Below, one piece after another: positions 48,934 through 56,493 of a stretch of DNA of 64,000 nucleotides. The number at the start of each line of letters is the position of its first letter. The stretch's first letter is position 1. Position numbers and translations under genes: made by a program. The stretch comes from a bacterium (GTDB lineage Bacteria > Patescibacteriota > Saccharimonadia > Saccharimonadales > SZUA-47): positions 48-64,047 of the forward strand of contig JAUHWW010000002.1 of assembly GCA_030427365.1 (NCBI GenBank), in the 5' to 3' direction. A model generated the notes under the pieces. It was not told the DNA's origin and searched no databases. It was given only the letters and a program-made list of their open reading frames with translations.

Positions 48934-49614
48934 ATGCGAATACTTGTTGTCGAAGACGATCCGAAGATTTTAGCGGCGCTCAAGCGCGGGCTTGAGCGGC
49001 AAAGCTACGCCGTTGATGCAATCGGCAACGGCGACGAGGGTGAGGCCATGGCCACAACTGAAGAATATGACCTGGTTATCCTTGATCGCATGCTACCGGG
49101 CACTGATGGCGTCAGTATCCTGAAAGCAATGCGCGAAAACTCAATCCAAACGCCAGTGTTGTTGCTCACTGCCAAAGATAAAGTACTTGACCGAGCAGAG
49201 GGGCTAAACGCCGGTGCAGACGACTACCTCGTGAAGCCATTTGCTTTTGTTGAGCTCATTGCCCGCGTCCGTGCCCTGCTTCGCCGCAATCCACAATCGA
49301 TCGATAGCAATATAGAATCACACGGCGTGGAACTTGACCGCGATTCCTTCACTGCTCGCCGCAATGGCACATCTATTGAGCTAACCGCAAAAGAATTTGC
49401 CCTGCTGGAATACTTACTCACCCATACTGGCCGAGTGTTTTCTAAAGATCATTTGATGCAGCACGTCTGGGATTATGACGCAGATATTTTGCCGAATACT
49501 GTCGAAGTCTATGTCGGCTACTTGCGCTCGAAAATTGATAAGGCTTTTCCTGATCAGCCTCCTCTGATTCATACGCGCCGCGGATTTGGCTACGTGTTTG
49601 GAGAAAAGAAATGA
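48934..49614 (+). CDS. OmpR/PhoB-family response regulator
   Basis: MRILVVEDD receiver domain with DLVILDRMLPG, and a C-terminal winged-helix domain (RRGFGYVF). Confidence 0.93.
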   Translation: MRILVVEDDPKILAALKRGLERQSYAVDAIGNGDEGEAMATTEEYDLVILDRMLPGTDGVSILKAMRENSIQTPVLLLTAKDKVLDRAEGLNAGADDYLVKPFAFVELIARVRALLRRNPQSIDSNIESHGVELDRDSFTARRNGTSIELTAKEFALLEYLLTHTGRVFSKDHLMQHVWDYDADILPNTVEVYVGYLRSKIDKAFPDQPPLIHTRRGFGYVFGEKK

Positions 49615-50621
49615 CAAATAAAAATCTATTTCACAATACTTCTCTGCGCCTGACTGCAAAATACTTACTGATCATCATGACGATTAGCCTGCTATTTAGT
49701 GTTGATTCTTACAGAAACTACGCTCGTGAGACGGATCTAGCACTTTCGCGTCCCGTTCCCCAAGCCGTCCGAAGACTCGAAAATCGAGACATTCGGGAGT
49801 ATTTTAATGGTCTAGAAGGTATCAGTGAGACTATAAAGCGAAACTACCAATACCGGCTTATAGTTATTAACGTTTTCATACTTATTGCTGGAGGATTGGT
49901 CAGTTATTACTTCGCACGTCGTACTCTGCGCCCAATAGAAGAGGCGCATGAAGCGCAAAGCCGCTTTACTGCCGACGCATCTCATGAATTGCGCACACCG
50001 ATAACTGCCATGCGCGTCGAAACTGAGCTGACGTTAACTGACCCAAAACTCTCATTGAAAAAAGCCAAAGCCCAGCTCGAAAGTAACATTGAAGAGCTCG
50101 ATAAGCTGACGTCACTTTCTGAAGGGCTATTGCAACTCGCGCGTGTTGAAGGGGGCGAGCTCACAACGAAACCATGCTCACTTGATTTAATCGTCGAGTC
50201 CTCTGTGCAGCGAGTGTTGAAGACTGCCGAAGTTAAAAAGCAAATTATTACAGTGAAGGGTGATAAAAATATACAACTGAAAGCGCATGAAGCTTCATTG
50301 ATCGAAGCACTCGTCGCAATTCTCGATAATGCTGCAGTGTACTCCCCTGCCGGCTCTGAAATCGTTATTGCAAAAAATTTGCAATTAGGAAATGTGGAAC
50401 TATCCATAACTGATAAAGGCCCAGGGATAAAACCATCTGATCAAAAACGAATATTTGAGCGGTTTTACCGCGGTGACTCTTCCCGCACCTCCAGCTCTGA
50501 AAACGGCTATGGAATCGGCCTATCGCTAGCAAAGGCTATCGTTGTTGCTCACGGCGGCAGTATCAGCGTGAAAAGCTCACAAAAGAAGGGCTCAACCTTT
50601 ACACTCACCCTTCCCCAGTAA
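49611..50621 (+). CDS. sensor histidine kinase
   Basis: 336 aa. Two TM, H-box SHELRTP, HATPase boxes (DNAAVY, DKGPGI, GYGIGLSLA). ATGA overlap with the regulator. Confidence 0.9.
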   Translation: MTNKNLFHNTSLRLTAKYLLIIMTISLLFSVDSYRNYARETDLALSRPVPQAVRRLENRDIREYFNGLEGISETIKRNYQYRLIVINVFILIAGGLVSYYFARRTLRPIEEAHEAQSRFTADASHELRTPITAMRVETELTLTDPKLSLKKAKAQLESNIEELDKLTSLSEGLLQLARVEGGELTTKPCSLDLIVESSVQRVLKTAEVKKQIITVKGDKNIQLKAHEASLIEALVAILDNAAVYSPAGSEIVIAKNLQLGNVELSITDKGPGIKPSDQKRIFERFYRGDSSRTSSSENGYGIGLSLAKAIVVAHGGSISVKSSQKKGSTFTLTLPQ

Positions 50622-50635
50622 GGTATACTTCCAGC

Positions 50636-51085
50636 ATGAAAATAGATAGCAGACTAGACGATGTGATCGATTGCTTGTACCGCGTGGCAGTAAAAGCAGT
50701 CATTATTCGCGATGGCAGGGTATTGTTAACGCGGGATGAGCGTGACACTGGCTGGACCTTCCCGGGTGGTGGTATCGATGTTGGTGAATCGCCTGAGCAA
50801 GCTTTGGCTCGGGAGTTGGAGGAAGAAATTGGCGTACCTCAAAGCGCTGTCGTTATTGAAGACATACATTTGCCAATCTCAATAGGACATATTAAAAAGG
50901 AAATTCCGCGCTGCAATATCCATTACGCTGTTATGTTAAACACTGATGACATTAAAGGAGTTGGAGAAATCGTTGATCTCAAATGGATAGCTATCGATGA
51001 ACTTGAAGATCAAGAGTTTGATACTTCTGCTGGAAATAAAAACGAGTTCATCCAAATCGTTAAACTCGCTCTCAGCAAAAACTAA
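50636..51085 (+). CDS. NUDIX hydrolase
   Basis: 149 aa. Nudix box GGGIDVGESPEQALARELEEEIGV. Confidence 0.85.
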   Translation: MKIDSRLDDVIDCLYRVAVKAVIIRDGRVLLTRDERDTGWTFPGGGIDVGESPEQALARELEEEIGVPQSAVVIEDIHLPISIGHIKKEIPRCNIHYAVMLNTDDIKGVGEIVDLKWIAIDELEDQEFDTSAGNKNEFIQIVKLALSKN

Positions 51086-51179
51086 GCCAAGATTAAGTAC
51101 CCTATCAGTAACTCTACGGATAATGAGACTGTTCACTAGGCTCATTGGTGAACGAAGCAACTAAACGATAGGAGAATCT

Positions 51180-51704
51180 ATGAGTAAAGCAAAAAATATC
51201 ACCCAAACAGCAGGCATCAGCCTGGCAGTGCTTGTCGCATCGCTATTAGCAGTCAGTGCAGCCAGTGCCCACTTTGGTGGCGGCAACAATGAACAGCAGC
51301 AAGAACGCGTTGCTGAACTCGCAGAGCGGTTCAATCTCGATGAGAGTGAGGTGGAAAGCTATTTTGAAGAAAAGCGAGCTGAACATGAAGCTGAGCGTGA
51401 ACAAAAACGGGCTGAGCACATTGCATCGCTTGTCGAAGCAGGTACGCTGACACAAGAACAAGCCGATGAGCTGACTGCGATGCGTGAGGCAGCTCACGAG
51501 GAAGTAAAAGCGCTGCGTGATTCTGGTGCTAACCGAGATGAAGTGAAAGCACTCATGGATGAAAATCGAGCGGAGATTAAAGCTTGGGCTGATGCGCAGG
51601 GTCTTTCTCTCGATGACATTCGACCAGAACATGGTCGTCGCCATGGTCATGGTCACGGTCACGACGATGATAGTGGTGTTGAAGACGACAGCGCCGAGTC
51701 ATAA
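51180..51704 (+). CDS. secreted helical protein with His-rich tail
   Basis: 174 aa. Signal-like N-terminus ending AASAHF, Glu/Ala/Arg-rich helices, C-terminal HGRRHGHGHGHDDD. Confidence 0.55.
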   Translation: MSKAKNITQTAGISLAVLVASLLAVSAASAHFGGGNNEQQQERVAELAERFNLDESEVESYFEEKRAEHEAEREQKRAEHIASLVEAGTLTQEQADELTAMREAAHEEVKALRDSGANRDEVKALMDENRAEIKAWADAQGLSLDDIRPEHGRRHGHGHGHDDDSGVEDDSAES

Positions 51705-51720
51705 GTAAAGACATCGAAAA

Positions 51721-51762
51721 AGAACGGACGAGGTGGATTAATCCAATCCTCTCGTCCGTTCT
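51721..51762. terminator. long hairpin between convergent genes
   Basis: AGAACGGACGAG / CTCGTCCGTTCT 12-bp stem enclosing a GGATTAATCC palindrome. A-run on the left, giving a T-run for the minus-strand gene. Confidence 0.55.
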
Positions 51763-51816
51763 ACTCTTCTATTTAACAACGCTTACACGTTTTTCGCTGT
51801 TAAAATAATTACGCTT

Positions 51817-52062
51817 TTAGACTTTTAGCACCCGTAGTTTCACAAACAGCACGAGGCACGCACCACCGATTGCAACAAGTGTCGTGTAGAGCAGTCCGCC
51901 GCCGTCGCTTCCAAGTGCGTTCATTATGAAACCACCAACTAGTCCACCGACGATTCCGACAATGATGTTACCAATGGCACCTTGTGATTCTTCATTTCCC
52001 ATTATCATTGATGCAATCCAGCCTGCCAAAGCGCCGACAATAATCCATGCAATAATTCCCAT
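51817..52062 (-). CDS. GlsB/YeaQ/YmgE family small membrane protein
   Basis: MGIIAWIIVGALAGWIASMIMG... signature. Start chosen at the internal Met. Confidence 0.8.
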   Translation of the reverse strand: MGIIAWIIVGALAGWIASMIMGNEESQGAIGNIIVGIVGGLVGGFIMNALGSDGGGLLYTTLVAIGGACLVLFVKLRVLKV

Positions 52063-52267
52063 TCGTAATCCTTTCATTAGGGTTGAGGCTGTCATAATAC
52101 CAAGGAAGCAAAAGGAATTCTGTAAAGCTTTTTACGAATCGAGCTCGAAAGCACCCCGTATAACGCAAAAGAACTCGGGGAAAGCTTGCGAAACGAGCTC
52201 TCCCTGTCGAGTTCTAGGATGTTACAGTATCATGTGCGTGACGGACATGCTGTAAACACGCTTACGA

Positions 52268-52702
52268 TTATTTTGTTTTCTTTTTCACAGCTATCTTTTT
52301 CGGCTTTGGAAGTTCTTTAAATGGAACCGTAACTTTCAGGACGCCGTCTTCCATATGAGCGGAGACTGCATCTTGGTCAGCGTGCTTCGGCAAACGAACG
52401 CTGCGATAAAAGCTGCTTGACGACTCCCGCACAACATACTTTTTCTTTTTATCCTCTTCCTTTTCGTGTTTCTCAGCACGAATGACCAAATTGCCATTGT
52501 CGACGTGAACATCTATATCCTTTTCTTCAAAATTAGGCATGTGCGCCTCTACGACGAGCTCTTTGTCCTCGTTCGTGTAAACGTCGGTTGTGGGCAAAGC
52601 AAGCGTACTCGCGCTACTAAGACCCCACTCATCACCAAAGAATTGCTTTTGCAATGCTCGCATCTCTGCAAAAGGATCCCATCTTTGCAAACCGTTACTC
52701 AT
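52268..52702 (-). CDS. small heat shock protein (Hsp20/alpha-crystallin)
   Basis: 144 aa. Alpha-crystallin domain (DVYTNEDKELVVEAHMPN...GVLKVTVP). Confidence 0.93.
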   Translation of the reverse strand: MSNGLQRWDPFAEMRALQKQFFGDEWGLSSASTLALPTTDVYTNEDKELVVEAHMPNFEEKDIDVHVDNGNLVIRAEKHEKEEDKKKKYVVRESSSSFYRSVRLPKHADQDAVSAHMEDGVLKVTVPFKELPKPKKIAVKKKTK

Positions 52703-52765
52703 AGTATTTCCTCCTTTGTTTAGTTAAAAACGCGCGGGAGAAACCCGTAGTTCTATTGTAGATAA

Positions 52766-52792
52766 TTGGCACTCGCATGTCAAGAGTGCTAA
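52766..52792. promoter_or_regulatory. CIRCE (HrcA operator) upstream of hsp20
   Basis: TTGGCACTC-N9-GAGTGCTAA. Confidence 0.8.
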
Positions 52793-52860
52793 TTATCGCA
52801 ATCCTTACCTCTGTTGACAAAAGATTTATTCTCTGCTAATCTAATACATCTACCAGATAT

Positions 52861-52935
52861 CGCGGGGTGGAGCAGCGGCAGCTCGCGTGGCTCATAACCA
52901 CGAGGTCGCAGGTTCGAGTCCTGCCCCCGCTACCA
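52861..52935 (+). tRNA. tRNA-CAU, initiator-like (fMet), CCA encoded
   Basis: 75-nt cloverleaf. C1 is unpaired with position 72, and A11:U24 sits in the D stem (GAGC/GCTC); both are initiator hallmarks. CTCATAA loop, GCAGG-TTCGAGT-CCTGC T arm. Confidence 0.92.
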
Positions 52936-52948
52936 AGTGAAACTTTGG

Positions 52949-52971
52949 AACCATCCTCCGGGATGGTTTTT
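52949..52971 (+). terminator. intrinsic terminator after the tRNA-fMet
   Basis: AACCATCC-TCCG-GGATGGTT followed by TTTTTAAG. Confidence 0.7.
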
Positions 52972-52999
52972 AAGTTTCGCTTAGTTTCGGCGAGCAGTG

Positions 53000-53088
53000 C
53001 TCGAGCCAAAAAGGTTCGCACAACAGTCACAGCCCCCAGCGATAGCGGGCGGCTGGATTGGAGTGGTCACTCTTCCTGCCCCCGCTAC
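53000..53088 (+). repeat. repeat unit A: module Y plus an exact 15-nt copy of the tRNA-fMet 3' end
   Basis: 53000-53019 is identical to 54493-54512 (CTCGAGCCAAAAAGGTTCGC). 53074-53088 is identical to 52919-52933 (TCCTGCCCCCGCTAC). Followed by its own hairpin plus T6 at 53099-53122. Confidence 0.8.
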
Positions 53089-53255
53089 TACGACAAGAGT
53101 CCATCGCAAGATGGGCTTTTTTCGTGTTACTGAGACAGGCTCCAGCTAGCGACCTCGCGAGGTCGGAGGTGAGAAATGCCAGCGGCATTTCGGAAACGAA
53201 TCTTCTCTTGCAAACTTGTTTGCAAAGATGAAGTTCGGGGGTCGCCGAAGGTGAC

Positions 53256-53267
53256 CGAGTCCTGCCC
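53256..53267 (+). repeat. second partial copy of the tRNA-fMet T-arm
   Basis: CGAGTCCTGCCC is identical to 52915-52926. Preceded by a variable-loop-like GAAGGTGAC. Confidence 0.55.
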
Positions 53268-53333
53268 TTCTTCTTGAAGCTTATCTCGCTACTGCTTGTG
53301 AACTGATAAGGATAATGAGAACATACATCCATT

Positions 53334-54362
53334 ATGCAAATGATTGAGTTAAATCCCGAAGTTTCTATTTCACGATTGGGCTTGGGGACGTACCACTTAA
53401 CCGACCGATTGTCTGAGATTGATGCGATTGAAGCATTGCGTGCTGCAGAACACGCAGGAATTACATTAATCGATACTTCTAACAACTACCGTAGTGAAGC
53501 AGTTATTGGGCTCGCGCTGCGAGATGGCGTTTTACACGAAGCCGACACGTTTATCGCGACAAAAGCAGGATTGGCAATTACATGGCCGCAGCATCAAAAG
53601 CTGCGTACACAAGGCAGGACTGCTGACAGCACTCCTGAATACTTACGCTCTAGTGTCGATGGGAGCATTAGTGTACTTGGAGTGAAAGCGCTTGACCTGT
53701 TCCAACTACATGACATCGACGAAACGGTGACTCCTCTCTCGATAGCTTCGACAATGACTGAGCTGGTTGAAAGTGGCAAGGTGCGCCAGTGGGGTGTGAC
53801 GAACTATAGTAAAGAAGCAGTTGATGATCTGCTATCTGCTTGTGACAAGTACGATGCAGTTCGGCCTGCAACGGCGCAACTGCCCCTTGATTTGGTTACT
53901 GGTGTTACGGACGCTGTGCAGATAGCACGCGATGAGGGCATGATTGTACTCGGCAGATCACCGCTTGGGTATGGACTTTTTACGGATTCTGGTATCGATC
54001 AAGCCAGAGACATAATCGAGCAGGCTGATCCAGAAAAGAACATCAAAGACGCACTTTTGATCACATTAGATAAATTAGACGAAATAAGAGACCAAGCACA
54101 CAGCGTCGGAGTTGCTTTTGAAGAACTAGCTCTTGCGTGGGTAATGAGCCACGACCGTACAGCTGTGCTAAACAGCTGCTACTTGCCAGAGTATTTACAG
54201 CGTAGCGTCAGAGCAGAAAGATGGGATGCTCCCCAGGCATTATTTGATACTGCCAATGAACTCCATGAAAATCCATTGTATAGAGAAATGGGCAATCGTC
54301 TTATACGCGTGATGCACAGTACCAGACCGCAGCTGAATCGCTCAGCCCACCCACCGCAGTAA
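53334..54362 (+). CDS. aldo/keto reductase
   Basis: 342 aa. LGLGTY...GITLIDTSNNY...ATK... AKR pattern. Confidence 0.88.
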   Translation: MQMIELNPEVSISRLGLGTYHLTDRLSEIDAIEALRAAEHAGITLIDTSNNYRSEAVIGLALRDGVLHEADTFIATKAGLAITWPQHQKLRTQGRTADSTPEYLRSSVDGSISVLGVKALDLFQLHDIDETVTPLSIASTMTELVESGKVRQWGVTNYSKEAVDDLLSACDKYDAVRPATAQLPLDLVTGVTDAVQIARDEGMIVLGRSPLGYGLFTDSGIDQARDIIEQADPEKNIKDALLITLDKLDEIRDQAHSVGVAFEELALAWVMSHDRTAVLNSCYLPEYLQRSVRAERWDAPQALFDTANELHENPLYREMGNRLIRVMHSTRPQLNRSAHPPQ

Positions 54363-54387
54363 TAATTATTGCGTAGTCTTGCACAAA

Positions 54388-54476
54388 ATAGCACCTATAG
54401 AAGGCAGTCTTATGTATCCCCCAGGGCGAACCCGCTACCAAGAAAACAGACTCAGCAACCTGCTGGGTCTTTTTTC
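54388..54476 (+). pseudogene. degenerate tRNA-CAU-like pseudogene plus a copied terminator (paralog of the 39.3 kb tRNA locus)
   Basis: ATAGCACCTATAGAAGGCAGTCTTATGTA... aligns to the D and anticodon arms of the tRNA at 39363-39439. GCTACCAAGAAAACAGACTCAGCAACCTGCTGGGTCTTTTTT parallels that tRNA's 3' end and terminator (GCTACCAAGAAAAATGACTCACATCTGTGGGTCTTTTTT). Confidence 0.65.
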
Positions 54477-54492
54477 TTTGTCGGAGACTAGA

Positions 54493-54682
54493 CTCGAGCC
54501 AAAAAGGTTCGCTATTCCCCCCGCAAAGCGTTGCTTTACGGACGGGCGGATTACATTCATAGCTCCTGCCACGGTCTTACTTGAAACATGTTTCAAATCA
54601 GCCGTCGCCACATCTCAACTCGGCCAGGGCCGGGTTTCCGATCTTGCAGAATTTCACTGAACTTCCTCACCCCGCTACCAAG
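54493..54682 (+). repeat. repeat unit B: module Y, a perfect 16-bp palindrome, and a tRNA-fMet 3'-end copy
   Basis: 54493-54512 equals 53000-53019. TTGAAACATGTTTCAA lies at 54581-54596. 54663-54682 matches tRNA 52918-52937 at 17 of 20 positions, including CCAAG. Confidence 0.75.
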
Positions 54683-54718
54683 CATAAGCATTTTGAAATC
54701 CGTAAACTGGTGTCATTT

Positions 54719-55516
54719 TTATTGAAGAAATTGATTTGTTGCTTCGGCTACCCAAGCGTATTTATCGGCAACAAAATCAAGAGGCTGGCCGTCACGATAT
54801 AGCTGCTTGTCAACCATCTGATTTGAATCACCGCCTGGCCATATACGCCACGAATCATTATCGATTACATCCGCTACTACAAATCCATTGGGTGTTCTAC
54901 CGCATTCGATTTTCATATCGACCAAAGTTACGTCCTGCTCTGCCCAGGCGGCTTCAATAACTTCAAATGTGGCTACAGAAAGATCGCGTAATTGACTAAT
55001 TTCGTGGTCACGTAGGCCAAACGGAGACTGAACGATATTTTGTTGATCGATAAGTGATGGTTCGTCTATTGGCTGTTTTGGATGGTAACGAAAAACCATG
55101 TCGCAGGAGTAATCTAGATACGGGTCATGATTTTCGTCATCTTTAGCGAACATTTCGAATAAAGGTGGTTCAAATCTGGCTCCTTCTGCCACGCCAGGGT
55201 TTCGTTTTAGGTACGATCCGTATGCTAATCTTCTAGTCACTAATTCAATTGGCACCATGTCTACTCTCAGCGCACGAAACACAACATCGCTTCCAGCTAG
55301 TCGACCTTGATAGTGCGTAGGGATTCCATTTCTTTCCAGTAGTTCAAAGCAGTTAGATGTTGTTTGTGTTGCAAGAGCTGCCTTGCCCTCGATTTGATCA
55401 CGTCTAGCCCCATCACCTGCTGTTATATCATCCTTGCTCTCTATTAGTACCGTTGGTTCTTCTGCATATATTCTTTTTGTTTTGCCTTCAGCAATTACCT
55501 CGCCGGATACTATCAT
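54719..55516 (-). CDS. purC: SAICAR synthetase PurC
   Basis: 265 aa. GKTKRIY N-terminal motif and SAICAR_synt-like layout. Confidence 0.88.
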   Translation of the reverse strand: MIVSGEVIAEGKTKRIYAEEPTVLIESKDDITAGDGARRDQIEGKAALATQTTSNCFELLERNGIPTHYQGRLAGSDVVFRALRVDMVPIELVTRRLAYGSYLKRNPGVAEGARFEPPLFEMFAKDDENHDPYLDYSCDMVFRYHPKQPIDEPSLIDQQNIVQSPFGLRDHEISQLRDLSVATFEVIEAAWAEQDVTLVDMKIECGRTPNGFVVADVIDNDSWRIWPGGDSNQMVDKQLYRDGQPLDFVADKYAWVAEATNQFLQ

Positions 55517-55615
55517 ACTAACTTCCCCATTACATAAATCTAGGATATGCTAGTTATACAAAACAAACAAGTTAAGCAAACTAGTATCAAATGCCTAATC
55601 CTAATGGGAGACACA

Positions 55616-56155
55616 ATGACTAAACAAGCCGAACAAGAGCCAATTGTAGGAGTAATTATGGGTTCTGACTCAGACTTGAAAACCATGAAGCCAGCCTCAG
55701 ATATATTGCACCTGTTTGGTGTGCCGCACGAAGTAAGAGTGAAATCTGCGCATAGAACGCCCGAGATGATGGCAGAATATGGTAGAACTGCATTAGATAG
55801 AGGAATAAAAGTAATAATAGCAGGAGCAGGCGGATCTGCTCACCTGCCTGGCATGGTAGCTTCTGAGACTAGGCTTCCGGTGCTTGGTGTAGCTATCGAA
55901 AGTTCTGCGGATGTTACAAATGCCGCCCTAGGCTCAATGATAAGAATGCCAAAGGGCATTCCACTCGCTACAATGGGCAAAGGTGAAGCGGCTGCGGCAA
56001 ATGCAGGATTAGAGGCAGTTAGAATATTAGCCTTAAGTGACGATCAGTTAGGACAAGCATACGAGAATTACGTCGAGAGGATGGCCGCAGAAGTCATGGC
56101 GAAGGATCAAAGGCTAGTAGAGTTAGGCGTAGATACATACTTGCAGCAAATGTAG
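55616..56155 (+). CDS. purE: AIR carboxylase / N5-CAIR mutase PurE
   Basis: VGVIMGSDSDL, SAHRTP, AGGSAHLPGMVAS motifs. Start at MTKQAEQ behind GGAGA. Confidence 0.93.
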   Translation: MTKQAEQEPIVGVIMGSDSDLKTMKPASDILHLFGVPHEVRVKSAHRTPEMMAEYGRTALDRGIKVIIAGAGGSAHLPGMVASETRLPVLGVAIESSADVTNAALGSMIRMPKGIPLATMGKGEAAAANAGLEAVRILALSDDQLGQAYENYVERMAAEVMAKDQRLVELGVDTYLQQM

Positions 56156-56206
56156 TTCCACTCCCAGCTGCTAGTCCAAGTCATATCTTTTGCAATCCCT
56201 AGAATA

Positions 56207-56301
56207 GCTTTCCATCTGTTAAGCTATTTTGCAGATTAGGTTCCAATCCGATTTCAAACGCGCTACCAAGAATAAAAGCTCAGGATTTATCCTGGGCTTT
56301 T
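56207..56301 (+). repeat. tRNA-pseudogene-like direct repeat C1 with copied terminator
   Basis: 56207-56267 aligns with 58140-58198 at about 48 of 61 columns by hand. A D-arm-like GCTT...AAGC and a T-arm-like GGTTCCAATCC end in CGCTACCAAG. The terminator GCTCAGG-ATTTAT-CCTGGGC-TTTT is homologous to those at 39331-39354 and 54448-54476. Confidence 0.7.
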
Positions 56302-56343
56302 GTTCTTGATGACCGAAGGTCGTGACTCGTACCTTCGCGCAGT

Positions 56344-56429
56344 GTTCGCTAAATAGTCTGTTGCCCGATTCGGCGCACAGATTATTTAGGACACTCGTCC
56401 TCCCACACTTCCAAGCATAAGCTATTTGA
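56344..56429 (+). repeat. palindromic module Z followed by a tRNA 3'-end/trailer-like fragment C2
   Basis: 56344-56396 matches the reverse complement of 12893-12951. 56398-56429 (TCCTCCCACACTTCCAAGCATAAGCTATTTGA) is homologous to 54664-54697. Confidence 0.7.
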
Positions 56430-56493
56430 CCATATAAGCATCTTGATGATGTAGCATCTCATTCAAAAGGGTTGGTGCGGTATACTATTCTTG

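Noticed and set aside
52836-53133. Two ORFs (64 aa minus, 88 aa plus) overlapping the tRNA-fMet
   Set aside because: They overlap a well-folded tRNA gene and its terminator.
53027-53485. 152-aa minus-strand ORF spanning the repeat region upstream of the AKR gene
   Set aside because: It runs across tRNA-end remnants, terminator hairpins and the AKR start. It has no RBS or recognisable motif, and the region is better explained as noncoding repeats.
54379-54660. 93-aa plus-strand ORF across repeat unit B
   Set aside because: It reads through a tRNA pseudogene, a terminator hairpin and palindromes, so it is most likely fortuitous.
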